A DNA stretch of 63,052 nt, counting the filler. It is 7 parts of 7 records of this genome, joined end to end, with 100 filler letters (N's around TTAATTAATTAA, not from the genome) between each part and the next. Parts side by side here need not be neighbours in the genome. Positions count along the whole stretch, not along the records: positions 25,563 to 40,157 come from SRR31156797_22886; 6 more parts are not named here. One strand, 5' to 3'. Under the pieces are notes generated by a model. That model was not told where the DNA came from. It did no database searches and worked only from the letters and a program-made list of their open reading frames with translations. Shown here one piece after another: positions 28,005 to 39,220 of this stretch (its first letter is position 1; each line of letters opens with the position of its first letter). Both the position numbers and the translations under genes were made by a program.

Positions 28005-29033
28005 ATGATGGAGTTTACAGCTGCTCAAATTGCAGAAGCATTACAAGGAAAAGTTGAAGGAAATCCAGAAGCTAAAGTGCACAATGTATCACCGATTGAA
28101 AGTGGCACGCCCGGTACATTAAGCTTCTTATCTAATCCAAAATATGTATCATTTATATATGAGACAAAAGCAAGTGTTGTAATAGTAAGTGAGGATTTTA
28201 AAGCGGAGAAAGAAGTTAAGGCAACATTGATACGGGTTAAAGATGCTTATATGGCGTTTGCTACATTACTCACTATGTATGAGCAAGCTAAGCCAAAGCC
28301 GCAAGGTATAGATGAAATGGCAAAGATAAAGGAGGGCGCTACAATTGGAGAGAATGTCTTTATTGATGCATTTGCAGTGATTGGTAGAAATGCAAAGATC
28401 GGAAATAATGTGCTGATTTATGCACAAGCATATATTGGAGACAATGTTGTGGTGGGAGATGGTAGTATAATTTATCCTGGCGTTAAAATATACCACGATT
28501 GTAAACTTGGAAAAGAAGTTACTATTCATGCTGGTGCTGTAATTGGCGCTGATGGATTTGGTTTTGCACCTAAAAAAGGCGACAATTACCAAAAAATTCC
28601 ACAAATTGGAAATGTAATCCTTGAAGATTTTGTAGAAATTGGAGCTAATACTTGTATCGACCGTGCTACAATGGGATCGACTGTAATTAAAGAAGGTGTG
28701 AAATTAGATAACCTTATTCAGGTAGCCCATAATGTTGAAATAGGTGAACACACAGTAATGGCTTCACAAGTAGGAATAAGCGGTTCCACTAAGATTGGAA
28801 AAGATGGAATGTTTGGTGGTCAGGTAGGTTTTGCCGGTCACATTACCGTTGGTGATAATGTGAAAATTGGAGCTCAAGCTGGCGTCGCCGGTAATGTAAA
28901 AGATAACGAAACACTTTTAGGTTCTCCTGCAATTAACTTCATGAGAGAACGTAAAGCAATGGCAGTACACAGGAATTTACCTGAAATGTGGAAAAAATTA
29001 TCTGAACTTGAAAAGAAAATCAACGAAGGCTAG
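28005..29033 (+). CDS. lpxD: UDP-3-O-acylglucosamine N-acyltransferase
   Basis: LSFLSNPKY, hexapeptide repeats, GADGFGF, KLDNLIQVAHNVEIG. Confidence 0.95.
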   Translation: MMEFTAAQIAEALQGKVEGNPEAKVHNVSPIESGTPGTLSFLSNPKYVSFIYETKASVVIVSEDFKAEKEVKATLIRVKDAYMAFATLLTMYEQAKPKPQGIDEMAKIKEGATIGENVFIDAFAVIGRNAKIGNNVLIYAQAYIGDNVVVGDGSIIYPGVKIYHDCKLGKEVTIHAGAVIGADGFGFAPKKGDNYQKIPQIGNVILEDFVEIGANTCIDRATMGSTVIKEGVKLDNLIQVAHNVEIGEHTVMASQVGISGSTKIGKDGMFGGQVGFAGHITVGDNVKIGAQAGVAGNVKDNETLLGSPAINFMRERKAMAVHRNLPEMWKKLSELEKKINEG

Positions 29034-29053
29034 ATCAAATTTTTTTTGTAATA

Positions 29054-29902
29054 TTGAATATGCTTCAGAAAAATCATCTTATACTATTTTTATTTTTTGT
29101 GTTTTCACTTTCAGGAATGAAAGCGCAAGTTTATGAGTTGTATAAAGGTGATACCATAAATGTGGTAGACAATCAAATGCGTAAGCAGGGTCGCTGGATA
29201 TATTTTTACGATGATGCTCGCGAAAAAATTAAAATGACCGGGCAATTCCAAAATAATATGCGCATTGGAATGTGGATTAAGTATTATGAAAATGGAAATC
29301 GTAAAAACGAAGTAACCTATCAAAACGGAAAACCAATGGGTCTTGCACGATTCTATTATGAAAATGGAAATATTCAAGAAGAAGGCAACTGGCAGGTGAA
29401 ATTCTGGGTTGGAGATTATAGATATTACCACGAAAACGGAACCCTATCTTATGAATTCAATTTTAATAGTGAAGGGAAGCGAACCGGAGAGCAAAATTAC
29501 TATTACGAGACAGGTGATTTGATGATTACCGGCGACTGGAAAGACGGGAAAAAGACAGGAGTGGTTACGGAGTATTATCAAGATGGATCAATAAAAAATG
29601 AGAGAAATTTCGTAGACGGTCAATATCAAAAAGGAGAGAGTAAGGAATATGAAAAGGGAACAAAAGCGGGTGGAGAAAAGGTTAAAAAGAAATCAAAGAA
29701 ATTATTATACACCGGAGACTATATAAAATATAATGCAAAAGGTGTAGTACTTCAAAAAGGATATTTCAAAGATGGTGAACTGGTGAATGGTGAATGGTAT
29801 TTTTATGATATTAATGGAAAACTTTATATGACAAAGGTTTTAAAAGATAAAGAAATAGTAAAATCCATTCGAAATAAAGAAGGTGATCCACTGCCTCAGT
29901 AA
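29054..29902 (+). CDS. exported MORN-variant repeat protein (YwqK-like)
   Basis: Signal peptide; repeated G.W..YYENG units. Confidence 0.75.
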   Translation: MNMLQKNHLILFLFFVFSLSGMKAQVYELYKGDTINVVDNQMRKQGRWIYFYDDAREKIKMTGQFQNNMRIGMWIKYYENGNRKNEVTYQNGKPMGLARFYYENGNIQEEGNWQVKFWVGDYRYYHENGTLSYEFNFNSEGKRTGEQNYYYETGDLMITGDWKDGKKTGVVTEYYQDGSIKNERNFVDGQYQKGESKEYEKGTKAGGEKVKKKSKKLLYTGDYIKYNAKGVVLQKGYFKDGELVNGEWYFYDINGKLYMTKVLKDKEIVKSIRNKEGDPLPQ

Positions 29903-30015
29903 TTTCTTTTGCCGGAATCTTAAATTCAAAGCTTCTTTTTTCAAATTTTTACATGCTTTTAACCATAAGCTTTATATTTTTGTGGACTCGTATCCAATGA
30001 TTTAAAACTAGTATT

Positions 30016-31491
30016 ATGTCAAAAGAATTAGTCGTATACAACACGCTGAGTAGAAAGAAAGAGGTGTTTAAACCAATAACAAAAGGTTTCGTGGGGATGT
30101 ATGTGTGCGGACCTACAGTATATAGCGATGTACATCTAGGAAATTGCAGAACTTTTATTTCTTTCGATATTATTTATAGATACTTGTTGCATCTGGGTAA
30201 TAAAGTACGTTACGTTAGAAATATTACTGATGCTGGACACCTGGAAGGTGATAGAGATGAAGGTGATGATAAGTTTGCAAAGAAGGCAAAACTTATGCAG
30301 CTAGAGCCAATGGAGGTTGTTCAAAAATACACAACTGGATTTCATGATGTAATGCGAATATTTAATAATCTTAACCCAAGTATTGAACCAACTGCTACTG
30401 GTCATATATCTGAGCAGATTGAGATGATAAAAGAGATTATTAAAAAAGGTTATGCTTATGAAGTGAACGGAACGGTATATTTTGATGTTGAAAAGTATGA
30501 CGAAAAATATTCATATGGGCAACTTACTAATCGTAAACTTGAAGATTTACTAGAGGGAACTCGTGAATTAAGCGGGCAAGATGAGAAAAAAGGGCGATTA
30601 GATTTTGCATTGTGGATAAAAGCTAAGCCTGAGACCTTAATGAAATGGCCTTCACCATGGGGATTAGGTTTCCCTGGTTGGCATGTAGAATGTTCTGCAA
30701 TGAGTACTAAGTATCTTGGAGAAACATTTGATATTCATGGCGGTGGAATGGATTTGCAGGCCACTCATCACACTAATGAAATTGCGCAATCACAAGCATG
30801 CAGTAATACAGCTCCTGCAAATTATTGGATGCATACCAACATGCTTACTGTAAATGGGACGCGGATGTCAAAAAGTGCCGGTAACGGATTTTTACCCCAT
30901 GAATTATTTACAGGTGACCACCCGCTTCTTGAGCGTGGTTACTCTCCAATGGTGGTTCGGTTTTTTATGGCACAATCTCACTACAGGAGCACACTTGATT
31001 TTTCAAATGCTGCTTTGCAAGCAGCTGAAAAAGGCTTTCAGAAATTGATTAAAGCTAAACAAACCCTGAATAAATTAAATGCCAGCAATGAATCGACAGT
31101 AAATATTGAAGAATTAAAAAACAATTGCTACCAAGCAATGAATGACGATTTTAATAGTCCGGTATTAATTGCGCATTTATTTGATGCAGTAAGAATTATT
31201 AATTCAGCTAATGATGGTAAAGAAAGTCTAAATCAAAAAGATATTGATTTACTTAAAGAATTATATGATAATTTTGTTTTTGATGTCTTAGGATTAAAAG
31301 AAGAAAGTTCAGGTGAGTCAGGCGATTCCGAATTGACATCAGAATTAATCAATTTTATCCTTAATATTCGATTAGATGCAAAGAATAATAAAGATTGGGC
31401 AACTTCTGATAAAATTAGGGACGAACTTAAGAAGATGGGCATTATTGTGAAAGATGTTAAAGATGGTTTCGAATGGGAATTAGCTGAATAA
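30016..31491 (+). CDS. cysS: cysteine--tRNA ligase
   Basis: MYVCGPTVY, HLGN, PGWHVECSAMS, RMSKS. Confidence 0.96.
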   Translation: MSKELVVYNTLSRKKEVFKPITKGFVGMYVCGPTVYSDVHLGNCRTFISFDIIYRYLLHLGNKVRYVRNITDAGHLEGDRDEGDDKFAKKAKLMQLEPMEVVQKYTTGFHDVMRIFNNLNPSIEPTATGHISEQIEMIKEIIKKGYAYEVNGTVYFDVEKYDEKYSYGQLTNRKLEDLLEGTRELSGQDEKKGRLDFALWIKAKPETLMKWPSPWGLGFPGWHVECSAMSTKYLGETFDIHGGGMDLQATHHTNEIAQSQACSNTAPANYWMHTNMLTVNGTRMSKSAGNGFLPHELFTGDHPLLERGYSPMVVRFFMAQSHYRSTLDFSNAALQAAEKGFQKLIKAKQTLNKLNASNESTVNIEELKNNCYQAMNDDFNSPVLIAHLFDAVRIINSANDGKESLNQKDIDLLKELYDNFVFDVLGLKEESSGESGDSELTSELINFILNIRLDAKNNKDWATSDKIRDELKKMGIIVKDVKDGFEWELAE

Positions 31492-31561
31492 AGTGAGATT
31501 CTCTTTGAGAAAAAGTTGAAATTAATTGTTAGATAATATTGATAACGAAAATAAGGGAGCA

Positions 31562-33001
31562 ATGAAAAGAATCCGTATTGTAGAATTACTAGAGTTAACA
31601 GATTTTGGGAAAGAGATTACCACCATGGGATGGGTAAGGACAATCAGAGGCAGTAAAAATGTATCATTTATTGCTTTGAATGACGGATCTTGTTTAAAAA
31701 ATATGCAGATTGTAGCTGATGCAGAAACAATTCCTGCAGAAGTGCTTGATCGTATTCACAGTGGTGCAGCTATTCATGTAGTTGGGAAATTGGTAGAATC
31801 ACAAGGGAAAGGCCAAATTAATGAAGTACAGGCCACAGAAATCAAAGTATTGGGAGAAGCCGATCCTGATCATTATCCAATTCAGCCTAAGCGCCATACC
31901 TTAGAGTTTTTACGTGAGCATGCCCATTTGCGTTTCCGTACTAATTTATTCGGAGCTATTACACGAGTGCGTCATGCGATGATTTTTGCCATTCATGAGT
32001 TTTTTCACAACCGTGGATTCTACAATATTCATTCACCAATTATTACCGGAAGTGATGCTGAAGGAGCTGGTGAAATGTTCCAGGTAACTACTCTTGAAGT
32101 AGGTAACCCTCCAAAAACGGAAGATGGAAAAATTGATTACAAGCAGGACTTTTTTGGCAAACAAACTAACCTTACAGTATCTGGACAATTGGAAGCTGAG
32201 TTAGCAGCTTTGGCCATGTCGCAAGTATATACGTTTGGGCCTACTTTCCGGGCTGAAAATAGTAATACGAGCCGTCACCTTGCTGAGTTCTGGATGATTG
32301 AGCCAGAGGTTGCTTTTGCCGATATTCATGACAACATGGATTTGGCTGAAGATATGTTAAAATATGTCGTTAAATATGCGCTTGATAATTGTAAAGATGA
32401 TTTAGAATTTCTACAGCAACGTTTGGCTAATGAGGAGAAGCAAAAACCTCAAAATGAGCGTTCAATGCCATTAATTGAAAAATTGCAGTTTGTATTGGAA
32501 AACGATTTTGAGAGAATTACATATACCCAGGCAATTGATATTTTAAGAAATTCTAAACCTAACAAGAAAAAGCAGTTCGATTATATTATTGAGGATTGGG
32601 GTGCCGATATGCAATCTGAGCACGAGCGTTATTTGGTAGAGAAACACTTTAAAAAGCCTGTGATTATAACCGATTATCCAAAGGAAATCAAAGCGTTTTA
32701 TATGAAACAAAATGATGATGGTAAAACAGTTGCTGCCATGGATGTGTTATTTCCTCAGATAGGTGAAATTATTGGTGGATCGCAACGTGAAGAAAATTTT
32801 GAGAAGTTGATGACCCGTATCAAAGAGATGGATATTCCGGAGGAAGAAATGTGGTGGTTCCTTGATACCCGTAAATTTGGAACTGTTCCTCACGCTGGCT
32901 ATGGTCTTGGTTTCGAGCGCCTTATGTTGTTTGTGACTGGAATGACGAATATTCGTGACGTAATTCCTTTCCCACGTTTCCCTAAGAATGCAGAATTTTA
33001 A
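31562..33001 (+). CDS. asnS: asparagine--tRNA ligase
   Basis: [44 protein letters not shown]; start placed at ATG 31562. Confidence 0.95.
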   Translation: MKRIRIVELLELTDFGKEITTMGWVRTIRGSKNVSFIALNDGSCLKNMQIVADAETIPAEVLDRIHSGAAIHVVGKLVESQGKGQINEVQATEIKVLGEADPDHYPIQPKRHTLEFLREHAHLRFRTNLFGAITRVRHAMIFAIHEFFHNRGFYNIHSPIITGSDAEGAGEMFQVTTLEVGNPPKTEDGKIDYKQDFFGKQTNLTVSGQLEAELAALAMSQVYTFGPTFRAENSNTSRHLAEFWMIEPEVAFADIHDNMDLAEDMLKYVVKYALDNCKDDLEFLQQRLANEEKQKPQNERSMPLIEKLQFVLENDFERITYTQAIDILRNSKPNKKKQFDYIIEDWGADMQSEHERYLVEKHFKKPVIITDYPKEIKAFYMKQNDDGKTVAAMDVLFPQIGEIIGGSQREENFEKLMTRIKEMDIPEEEMWWFLDTRKFGTVPHAGYGLGFERLMLFVTGMTNIRDVIPFPRFPKNAEF

Positions 33002-33063
33002 TTATTTTTAGTCGTTAACCATTTAATTGGTTTTTCGTAAATTGATAAAATAAAAGAATACAT

Positions 33064-34515
33064 ATGCTCAAGCAGAGTTTACAGCAAAAGTTATTACAAA
33101 AGTTATCTCCGCAGCAAATTCAGTTAATTAAGCTGTTGGAGGTACCTACTTTGCAGCTTGAGCAACGTATTAAAAAAGAGATTGAAGAAAATCCTGCTCT
33201 GGAAGAAGGTGGTGATAATTATGAGGAAGATTATCAGGAGGATGATGATTATCAGGATGATTTGAGTAATGATGAATTTTCTGTAGAAGATTATATTGAG
33301 GACGATGAAATTCCAAACTATAAGCTACAGGCTTCAAATTATTCTAAAGATGATGAGCATAGGGAAATTCCATATTCTGAAGGTGCCTCTTTTCATGAAT
33401 TTTTACGCAATCAACTTGCATTAAAAATCTCCCTTACTGAAGATCAAAGGATGTTGGCTGAGTATATCATTGGTAATATCGATGATGACGGCTATTTACG
33501 TCGTCCTTTGAAAAATATTGTAGATGATTTGGCATTTTCACAGGGCATTCGTACGAGAGAGGACGATTTATATGTGCTTTTGAAGAAAGTGCAAGAGTTA
33601 GATCCTGCCGGAGTAGGTGCCAGAGATTTACAAGAGTGTTTGTTACTTCAAATTGAGCGTAAAGATTTGAGCAAACCTTCTGTACAGCATGCCGAGAAAA
33701 TTCTGCGACATCATTTTGTGGAATTTACCAAGAAACATTACGATAAAATTACAAAACGGCTAAATATTTCTCGTGATGAGCTGCGTGAGGCACTAGATGA
33801 GGTATTGCATCTAAATCCGAAGCCTGGTGGTGTGTTTAGTGATCCTACCACAGCCAATGTACATGCTATTATTCCTGACTTTATTTTGGATAACAATAAT
33901 GGCAAATTAGAGCTTTCTTTGAATTCAAGGAATGTACCTGAACTACATGTTAATCAGGCCTATTCTGATATGCTCAAGGATTTCTCAAAGGACAAAAAGA
34001 ATCGCACCAAGAAGGACAAGGAAGCAGTTAGTTTTGTGAAACAAAAATTGGACTCGGCACGTTGGTTTATTGATGCCATTCAACAACGTCAGGCAACTTT
34101 ACTTTTAACCATGAATGCTATTCTGGAGTATCAATATGATTATTTCCAGGAAGGTGACGAGCGTAAATTGCGGCCAATGATTTTGAAAGACATTGCTGAA
34201 GAAACAGGTTTAGATATTTCGACCATTTCAAGGGTTGCTAATAGTAAATACATCCAAACCGATTTTGGAATATACCCATTAAAATCTTTCTTCTCTGAAG
34301 GTATGCAAACTGAGGATGGTGAAGAGGTTTCGACCCGTGAAATTAAAAATATTCTTCAGGAATGTATTGATAATGAGAGTAAAAGCAAACCGCTTACTGA
34401 CGAGAAATTGACCAATATATTGAAGGAAAAGGGTTACAAAATTGCCCGTCGAACGGTAGCAAAATATCGCGAGCAACTAGATATTCCTGTTGCCCGATTA
34501 AGAAAGGAAGTGTGA
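33064..34515 (+). CDS. rpoN: RNA polymerase sigma-54 factor
   Basis: Q/L-rich region I, GVGARDLQECL, RpoN box ARRTVAKYRE. Confidence 0.96.
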   Translation: MLKQSLQQKLLQKLSPQQIQLIKLLEVPTLQLEQRIKKEIEENPALEEGGDNYEEDYQEDDDYQDDLSNDEFSVEDYIEDDEIPNYKLQASNYSKDDEHREIPYSEGASFHEFLRNQLALKISLTEDQRMLAEYIIGNIDDDGYLRRPLKNIVDDLAFSQGIRTREDDLYVLLKKVQELDPAGVGARDLQECLLLQIERKDLSKPSVQHAEKILRHHFVEFTKKHYDKITKRLNISRDELREALDEVLHLNPKPGGVFSDPTTANVHAIIPDFILDNNNGKLELSLNSRNVPELHVNQAYSDMLKDFSKDKKNRTKKDKEAVSFVKQKLDSARWFIDAIQQRQATLLLTMNAILEYQYDYFQEGDERKLRPMILKDIAEETGLDISTISRVANSKYIQTDFGIYPLKSFFSEGMQTEDGEEVSTREIKNILQECIDNESKSKPLTDEKLTNILKEKGYKIARRTVAKYREQLDIPVARLRKEV

Positions 34516-34516
34516 T

Positions 34517-35131
34517 ATGCTCAAATTAATAGCGAAAGCTTTATCCATTGTTTTTCATCCCATTGTGCTGCCCACTTTGGGAGTTTTTGTAATATTCCGC
34601 TCCTCTTCTTATATGAGTATGATGGAATCTAGTGCTAAGGATGCTACTTATTTGATTGTATTTGTGAGCACTTTTATTCTGCCATTGATTATGATGTCCT
34701 TATTCTTATTACGTAAAGTTATTAAATCATTGGAAATGACAGAAACACAGGAACGTTTTGTGCCATTTTTAGTGACAGCCATATTCTATTTCTTTTCATT
34801 TTACACACTATACCAATTAAATGCTCCCGGTTTTATTGCAGCCTACATATTTGGTGCTTTTGTGATCGTATTTTTAATCTCTTTCATTACAATAAAGTGG
34901 AAAATATCAGCCCATGCAGCAGGCTTAGGTGGTTTAATAGGAATGATGATGGCTTTGGCTGATCTATATTTTGCATCTACCATCTATTTCTTTGCGCAAG
35001 CACTAGTAATAACCGGATTCGTAGCTACTTCACGCCTAATTTTGGAGGAACATAACCTTAAGCAAATTACCGCAGGATTTTTAATGGGTGTTGGGGTTAT
35101 GTTGGGCACAATTTATTTCTATCCGATGTAA
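34517..35131 (+). CDS. PAP2-like membrane protein
   Basis: Multi-TM; KISAH and SRL...H motifs. Confidence 0.6.
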   Translation: MLKLIAKALSIVFHPIVLPTLGVFVIFRSSSYMSMMESSAKDATYLIVFVSTFILPLIMMSLFLLRKVIKSLEMTETQERFVPFLVTAIFYFFSFYTLYQLNAPGFIAAYIFGAFVIVFLISFITIKWKISAHAAGLGGLIGMMMALADLYFASTIYFFAQALVITGFVATSRLILEEHNLKQITAGFLMGVGVMLGTIYFYPM

Positions 35132-35141
35132 GTATTAAAAA

Positions 35142-36296
35142 CTATTTCAACTTAAACTTAACATTAACTTCATTTCTGACAAACTGCCCATTTTCAACTG
35201 CAGGTTGCCATGCTCCAAATTCCTTTAGAATTGCGGAGATGATGTTTCTAAGATCCTCAGGGATGTCTTTATTATAATTGATTTCGGATATTTGTCCGTT
35301 TATATCTATGGTAACATCCATTTCTATTTTATATGTTTCACCATTCAGATTATATCGCTTATTAATTTCTTTTATCAAATTGGTCTCGAGTGTATCCTTT
35401 ATCCAATTATTAGGTAAAATAATATCTCTATCTGGTTGTATAGTGGTTTCCTGGCTTTGAACTGTTGCATTGCCAGCCAGGGCTTCATCAGCAGTAGGGG
35501 TAACTTCACCCGTTGCTTTCTTTTGCTTATTAGATTTGAATAATCTGCGATTTCGTTTATCTCTCTTGCCACTTTTTTCCTTTGATCTGGTGGCTGGTTT
35601 TGTTTCAACTGTTTTCTCTGTAATAGCTTCTTCTTTAGGTTCTTGCTCCATTTTTTCTTGTGCTAAAGCAAAATGCTCTTCTCTTTCACTCTCCTCAGAT
35701 TCAGCTACTTCTTCTATCGCAATTTCTGTGAAATCTTCACTTATATCAAATTCAATTTCCGGTTTTTCTCGGTCGTTTTCAGTAATTATTACGTCATCAA
35801 TTGTGCGCGAAACATCTTCTTTTTTATTTGCGGGTTTAGCTTCCGGTGCCTTGGTTAATTTTTGATCTTCCTTTTGTATTGCAGTTTCTAATTTTTCTTC
35901 TTCTAATGCCTTATTTTCTTCTTTTTGCGGAGCAGAATCCGTTAAGGCCATGGTTTCATGTATGGGTTCAGCAAATTGTAAGTCGTCTTTTAACTGCTTG
36001 TCAAAAACATAAAGTGATGTGAGTCCAATACCAATTAAGATGGCTATGCCAGCAGCATATCGTAAGTATAACGGAATAATTCTTGTCCTTTTTTTTGTGC
36101 GTTTTGTAATTGTATTTTTAAGGGTTGTAATATCTTTTTCAAATTCTTCCTCTGTAAGCATGGAAAGACCATCAAAAGCTTCTTCTTCGAAAGCATCTTG
36201 CATCATTTCCTTCTCAAATTGACGCTTTTCATCAGACTTTTGTCTGTTGAAAAAGTACTTTTTGAAATCCTCGTATGTCAATTTTCGTTTACTCAT
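35142..36296 (-). CDS. putative anti-sigma factor with single TM and TonB-C-like terminal domain
   Basis: N-terminal FEKEMMQDAFEEEAFDG, TM helix, long charged linker, C-terminal WQPA..NG..V; overlaps the ECF gene stop. Confidence 0.6.
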   Translation of the reverse strand: MSKRKLTYEDFKKYFFNRQKSDEKRQFEKEMMQDAFEEEAFDGLSMLTEEEFEKDITTLKNTITKRTKKRTRIIPLYLRYAAGIAILIGIGLTSLYVFDKQLKDDLQFAEPIHETMALTDSAPQKEENKALEEEKLETAIQKEDQKLTKAPEAKPANKKEDVSRTIDDVIITENDREKPEIEFDISEDFTEIAIEEVAESEESEREEHFALAQEKMEQEPKEEAITEKTVETKPATRSKEKSGKRDKRNRRLFKSNKQKKATGEVTPTADEALAGNATVQSQETTIQPDRDIILPNNWIKDTLETNLIKEINKRYNLNGETYKIEMDVTIDINGQISEINYNKDIPEDLRNIISAILKEFGAWQPAVENGQFVRNEVNVKFKLK

Positions 36297-36912
36297 TATT
36301 TCCGGAATTTGAATCCAAACAGATTTTTAAATTTCTTTTTCCATTTTGTATGAAACTTTTCACTTTTTTCTCTTCTATTTTGAGTTCACTGGCAATTTCC
36401 TTATAACATTTATCTTTATAATAGAACAATTCAATGCATGCTTTCTGTTCATTTTTAAGCTTTTCAATACATTCCTTGAGAGCCTTTTCTATATTTTCAT
36501 CTCTTTCTTCATCAATAGGATGCAAAGTATGCGTAGATTCCATAAAACTGTCCGCAGAAAATTGTTCGTGCCTCCGTTTTTGGCTTTGCTCCTTGCGCAG
36601 CTCCATTAAGCAGAAGTTTTTTGTGACCACATACAACCAACTTTTAAAATTCTCTATTTTATTTTCTCCTATATCAGTAATGAGCTTTTCAAAAATGGCT
36701 GAAACAGCGTCCTGACTTTTTTCTCTGTTTTTAAAATATTTCAAACACACACCATAAACCAGATGAATGTATCGGTTGTACAGTTCACCCAACACATTCA
36801 AATTCTGAGTTTTAATAAATTCAGTTAACAGCACTGAATCTTCTTGTGTTTTTATATGTGTGATTCTTTTGCTCAAAAAAGTCAGTGGATAATTGTTTAT
36901 GTAAAAATACAT
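36289..36912 (-). CDS. ECF-type RNA polymerase sigma factor
   Basis: LY.RY...VYGVCLKY, FKSWLY, region 4 YKEIA..L....KKVKSFIQNGKRNLK; true start may be downstream. Confidence 0.88.
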   Translation of the reverse strand: MYFYINNYPLTFLSKRITHIKTQEDSVLLTEFIKTQNLNVLGELYNRYIHLVYGVCLKYFKNREKSQDAVSAIFEKLITDIGENKIENFKSWLYVVTKNFCLMELRKEQSQKRRHEQFSADSFMESTHTLHPIDEERDENIEKALKECIEKLKNEQKACIELFYYKDKCYKEIASELKIEEKKVKSFIQNGKRNLKICLDSNSGNNE

Positions 36913-37236
36913 GATTTTTAGGAAGCAGTAAAATCAGAGACTTTTATTATTTCTAAGACGCAGAATATCTTGATTTGATCAGTGAAATCAGCGTCTTTTA
37001 TATTTCTATAGAATCAGAAAATCATGATTAATTTAATGCCTGTGAATTATTTATTCTAACCCTTCCCTAATCCTTTGCATGCTTTGCATTCGTTGCAAGA
37101 AAATAGCATGCCTTATAACAACCAGAAAATCAGGATTATAATTACATGTTGTAAATTTTTTCAATCTTTTTTATGGAATTTATTATGCCATTGCATCTTG
37201 TATACAAACACGAATGTTGAACTAAATTTTAGAAAA

Positions 37237-39129
37237 ATGAAAAATATTCAATTAATTATCGCACTAGCAGCAATGCTAATAGTCAGCAACCTTCAAGCAC
37301 ATAAGGTTAGCGGTATTGTAACTTCTTCAGACACAAACAAACCCTTACAGGGAGTGAATGTTGTGGTAAAAGATAATGTGTTTAGTCATACTGTAACAGA
37401 TAAAAACGGTTATTATGAAATTATAGCCAGAACTGATGCAGTCCTTGTTTTTCAATTTGCCGGAACTGAAATAAAAGAGGTGAAAGTATCAGGGCGAACA
37501 CAAATAAATGTGGCTTTGAAACCAGTAAAAATCTTAGAGAAAGAAAGGGACGAAAAAGAGTTGACCGTTGTGGAAGATAATCTTGAGGTGCAAATGGATA
37601 TGGTTTCAGTGAGTGAAGAGGCAGCTCCGAGTACCAGAACTATTTTTGGGCGTCAAAAAAAGATGTCTATGGCAAAAGGTATGGGTGGAGTTGCTGGAAA
37701 TTATCGCATGGCACAAGAGCCATTTAATAGAGAAGGGTATGCCACCATCCGTGAAAATGGTTTCAAAAAAGCTATTGAGAGCCCACTTTCTACATTCTCT
37801 ATTGATGTGGATGCAGCATCATATGCCAACATACGTCGTTTCTTAAATAATGGAAATCGTCCACCAAAAGATGCTGTACGTATTGAGGAAATGATCAATT
37901 ATTTTAACTACGATTATCCACAACCTGATAATGGACATCCATTTTCAATTAATACCGAGGTGAATAGTTGTCCATGGAACGAGGAAAACTTATTGCTCCA
38001 TGTGGGAATTCAGGGCCAAAAGTTAAATATGGAAGATTTACCACCTTCAAATATTGTTTTCTTATTGGACGTATCTGGTTCAATGAGTTCTCCTAACAAA
38101 CTTCCTTTATTGAAAAAAGCATTTGAATTGTTAGTGAAGCAACTTGATGAAGAGGATCGCGTAGCGATAGTGGTGTATGCAGGTAGTTCAGGTTTGGTAT
38201 TGCCATCAACAAGCGGTGATCAAAAGGAAAAAATTCTTCAATCTTTGAATAATTTACAAGCAGGTGGATCAACTGCCGGAGCAGCCGGGTTAAAATTAGC
38301 TTACCAGATTGCAGCGAAAAATTTCATTGAAAAAGGAAACAATCGCATTATTTTAGCTACCGATGGTGATTTTAACGTAGGAATTTCATCCGATGCTGAA
38401 ATGGAACGCTTAATTGAAAAAGAGCGAAACAGAGGAGTATTTATATCTGTACTTGGATTTGGAATGGGTAACTACCAGGATAGCAAGATGGAAACCATTG
38501 CAGATAAAGGAAATGGAAACTATGCCTATATCGACAATATTTTGGAAGCCAAAAAAGTATTAGTAAATGAGTTTGGTGGAACCATGTTTACCATTGCTAA
38601 AGATGTGAAGATTCAGATTGAATTTAATCCTGCTGTAGTAGCATCATATCGATTAATAGGTTACGAAAACCGTTTATTAAACAATGAAGACTTTGCCGAT
38701 GATAAAAAAGATGCAGGTGAATTAGGTTCTGGACACACAGTTACAGCATTGTATGAGATTGTACCTGCTGGCTCAAATGTTGATCAGGCTAATACTTTAA
38801 AATACCAAACTGCGAACTTGAATAATTTGGCTAAAAAAGGTAACGAAATTGCTACGGTGAAATTCAGATATAAAAAACCTGACGGTCACAAAAGCACATT
38901 GATTGAAGAAACTATTGCTTACCGTGCACAAAGATTCGATGAAATGTCAAATAATTTCAGATTCTCAGCTTCAGTAGCCGGTTTTGGAATGTTATTGAGA
39001 GACTCAGAGTTTAAAGGTAATTTAACCTGGGATAAAATAATTCAAATGGCACAAAATGCTAAAGGAAGAGATCAGGAAGGTTACCGCAGTGAAATGATTC
39101 AATTAATGAAATTGTCGAAAGCGTTGTAG
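37237..39129 (+). CDS. exported vWA-domain protein (YfbK-like) with N-terminal carboxypeptidase-regulatory-like domain
   Basis: STFSIDVD.ASY, DVSGSM MIDAS, LATDGDFNVG, YRLIGYENR; signal peptide from ATG 37237. Confidence 0.88.
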   Translation: MKNIQLIIALAAMLIVSNLQAHKVSGIVTSSDTNKPLQGVNVVVKDNVFSHTVTDKNGYYEIIARTDAVLVFQFAGTEIKEVKVSGRTQINVALKPVKILEKERDEKELTVVEDNLEVQMDMVSVSEEAAPSTRTIFGRQKKMSMAKGMGGVAGNYRMAQEPFNREGYATIRENGFKKAIESPLSTFSIDVDAASYANIRRFLNNGNRPPKDAVRIEEMINYFNYDYPQPDNGHPFSINTEVNSCPWNEENLLLHVGIQGQKLNMEDLPPSNIVFLLDVSGSMSSPNKLPLLKKAFELLVKQLDEEDRVAIVVYAGSSGLVLPSTSGDQKEKILQSLNNLQAGGSTAGAAGLKLAYQIAAKNFIEKGNNRIILATDGDFNVGISSDAEMERLIEKERNRGVFISVLGFGMGNYQDSKMETIADKGNGNYAYIDNILEAKKVLVNEFGGTMFTIAKDVKIQIEFNPAVVASYRLIGYENRLLNNEDFADDKKDAGELGSGHTVTALYEIVPAGSNVDQANTLKYQTANLNNLAKKGNEIATVKFRYKKPDGHKSTLIEETIAYRAQRFDEMSNNFRFSASVAGFGMLLRDSEFKGNLTWDKIIQMAQNAKGRDQEGYRSEMIQLMKLSKAL

Positions 39130-39169
39130 AATACTATTGATGTGGTTTAGAGTGGTGTTGTGAAAAGAG

Positions 39170-39198
39170 AAGCCCGGATGTGAATTCATCCGGGCTTT
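39170..39198. terminator. intrinsic terminator between convergent genes
   Basis: aagcccggatg-tgaatt-catccgggctt. Confidence 0.75.
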
Positions 39199-39220
39199 GT
39201 ATTTTTATTTAAAAATTAGT

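Noticed and set aside
29054-29902. Toxin-antitoxin system (YwqK-type antitoxin)
   Set aside because: Generic MORN-variant repeats with a signal peptide and no adjacent toxin.
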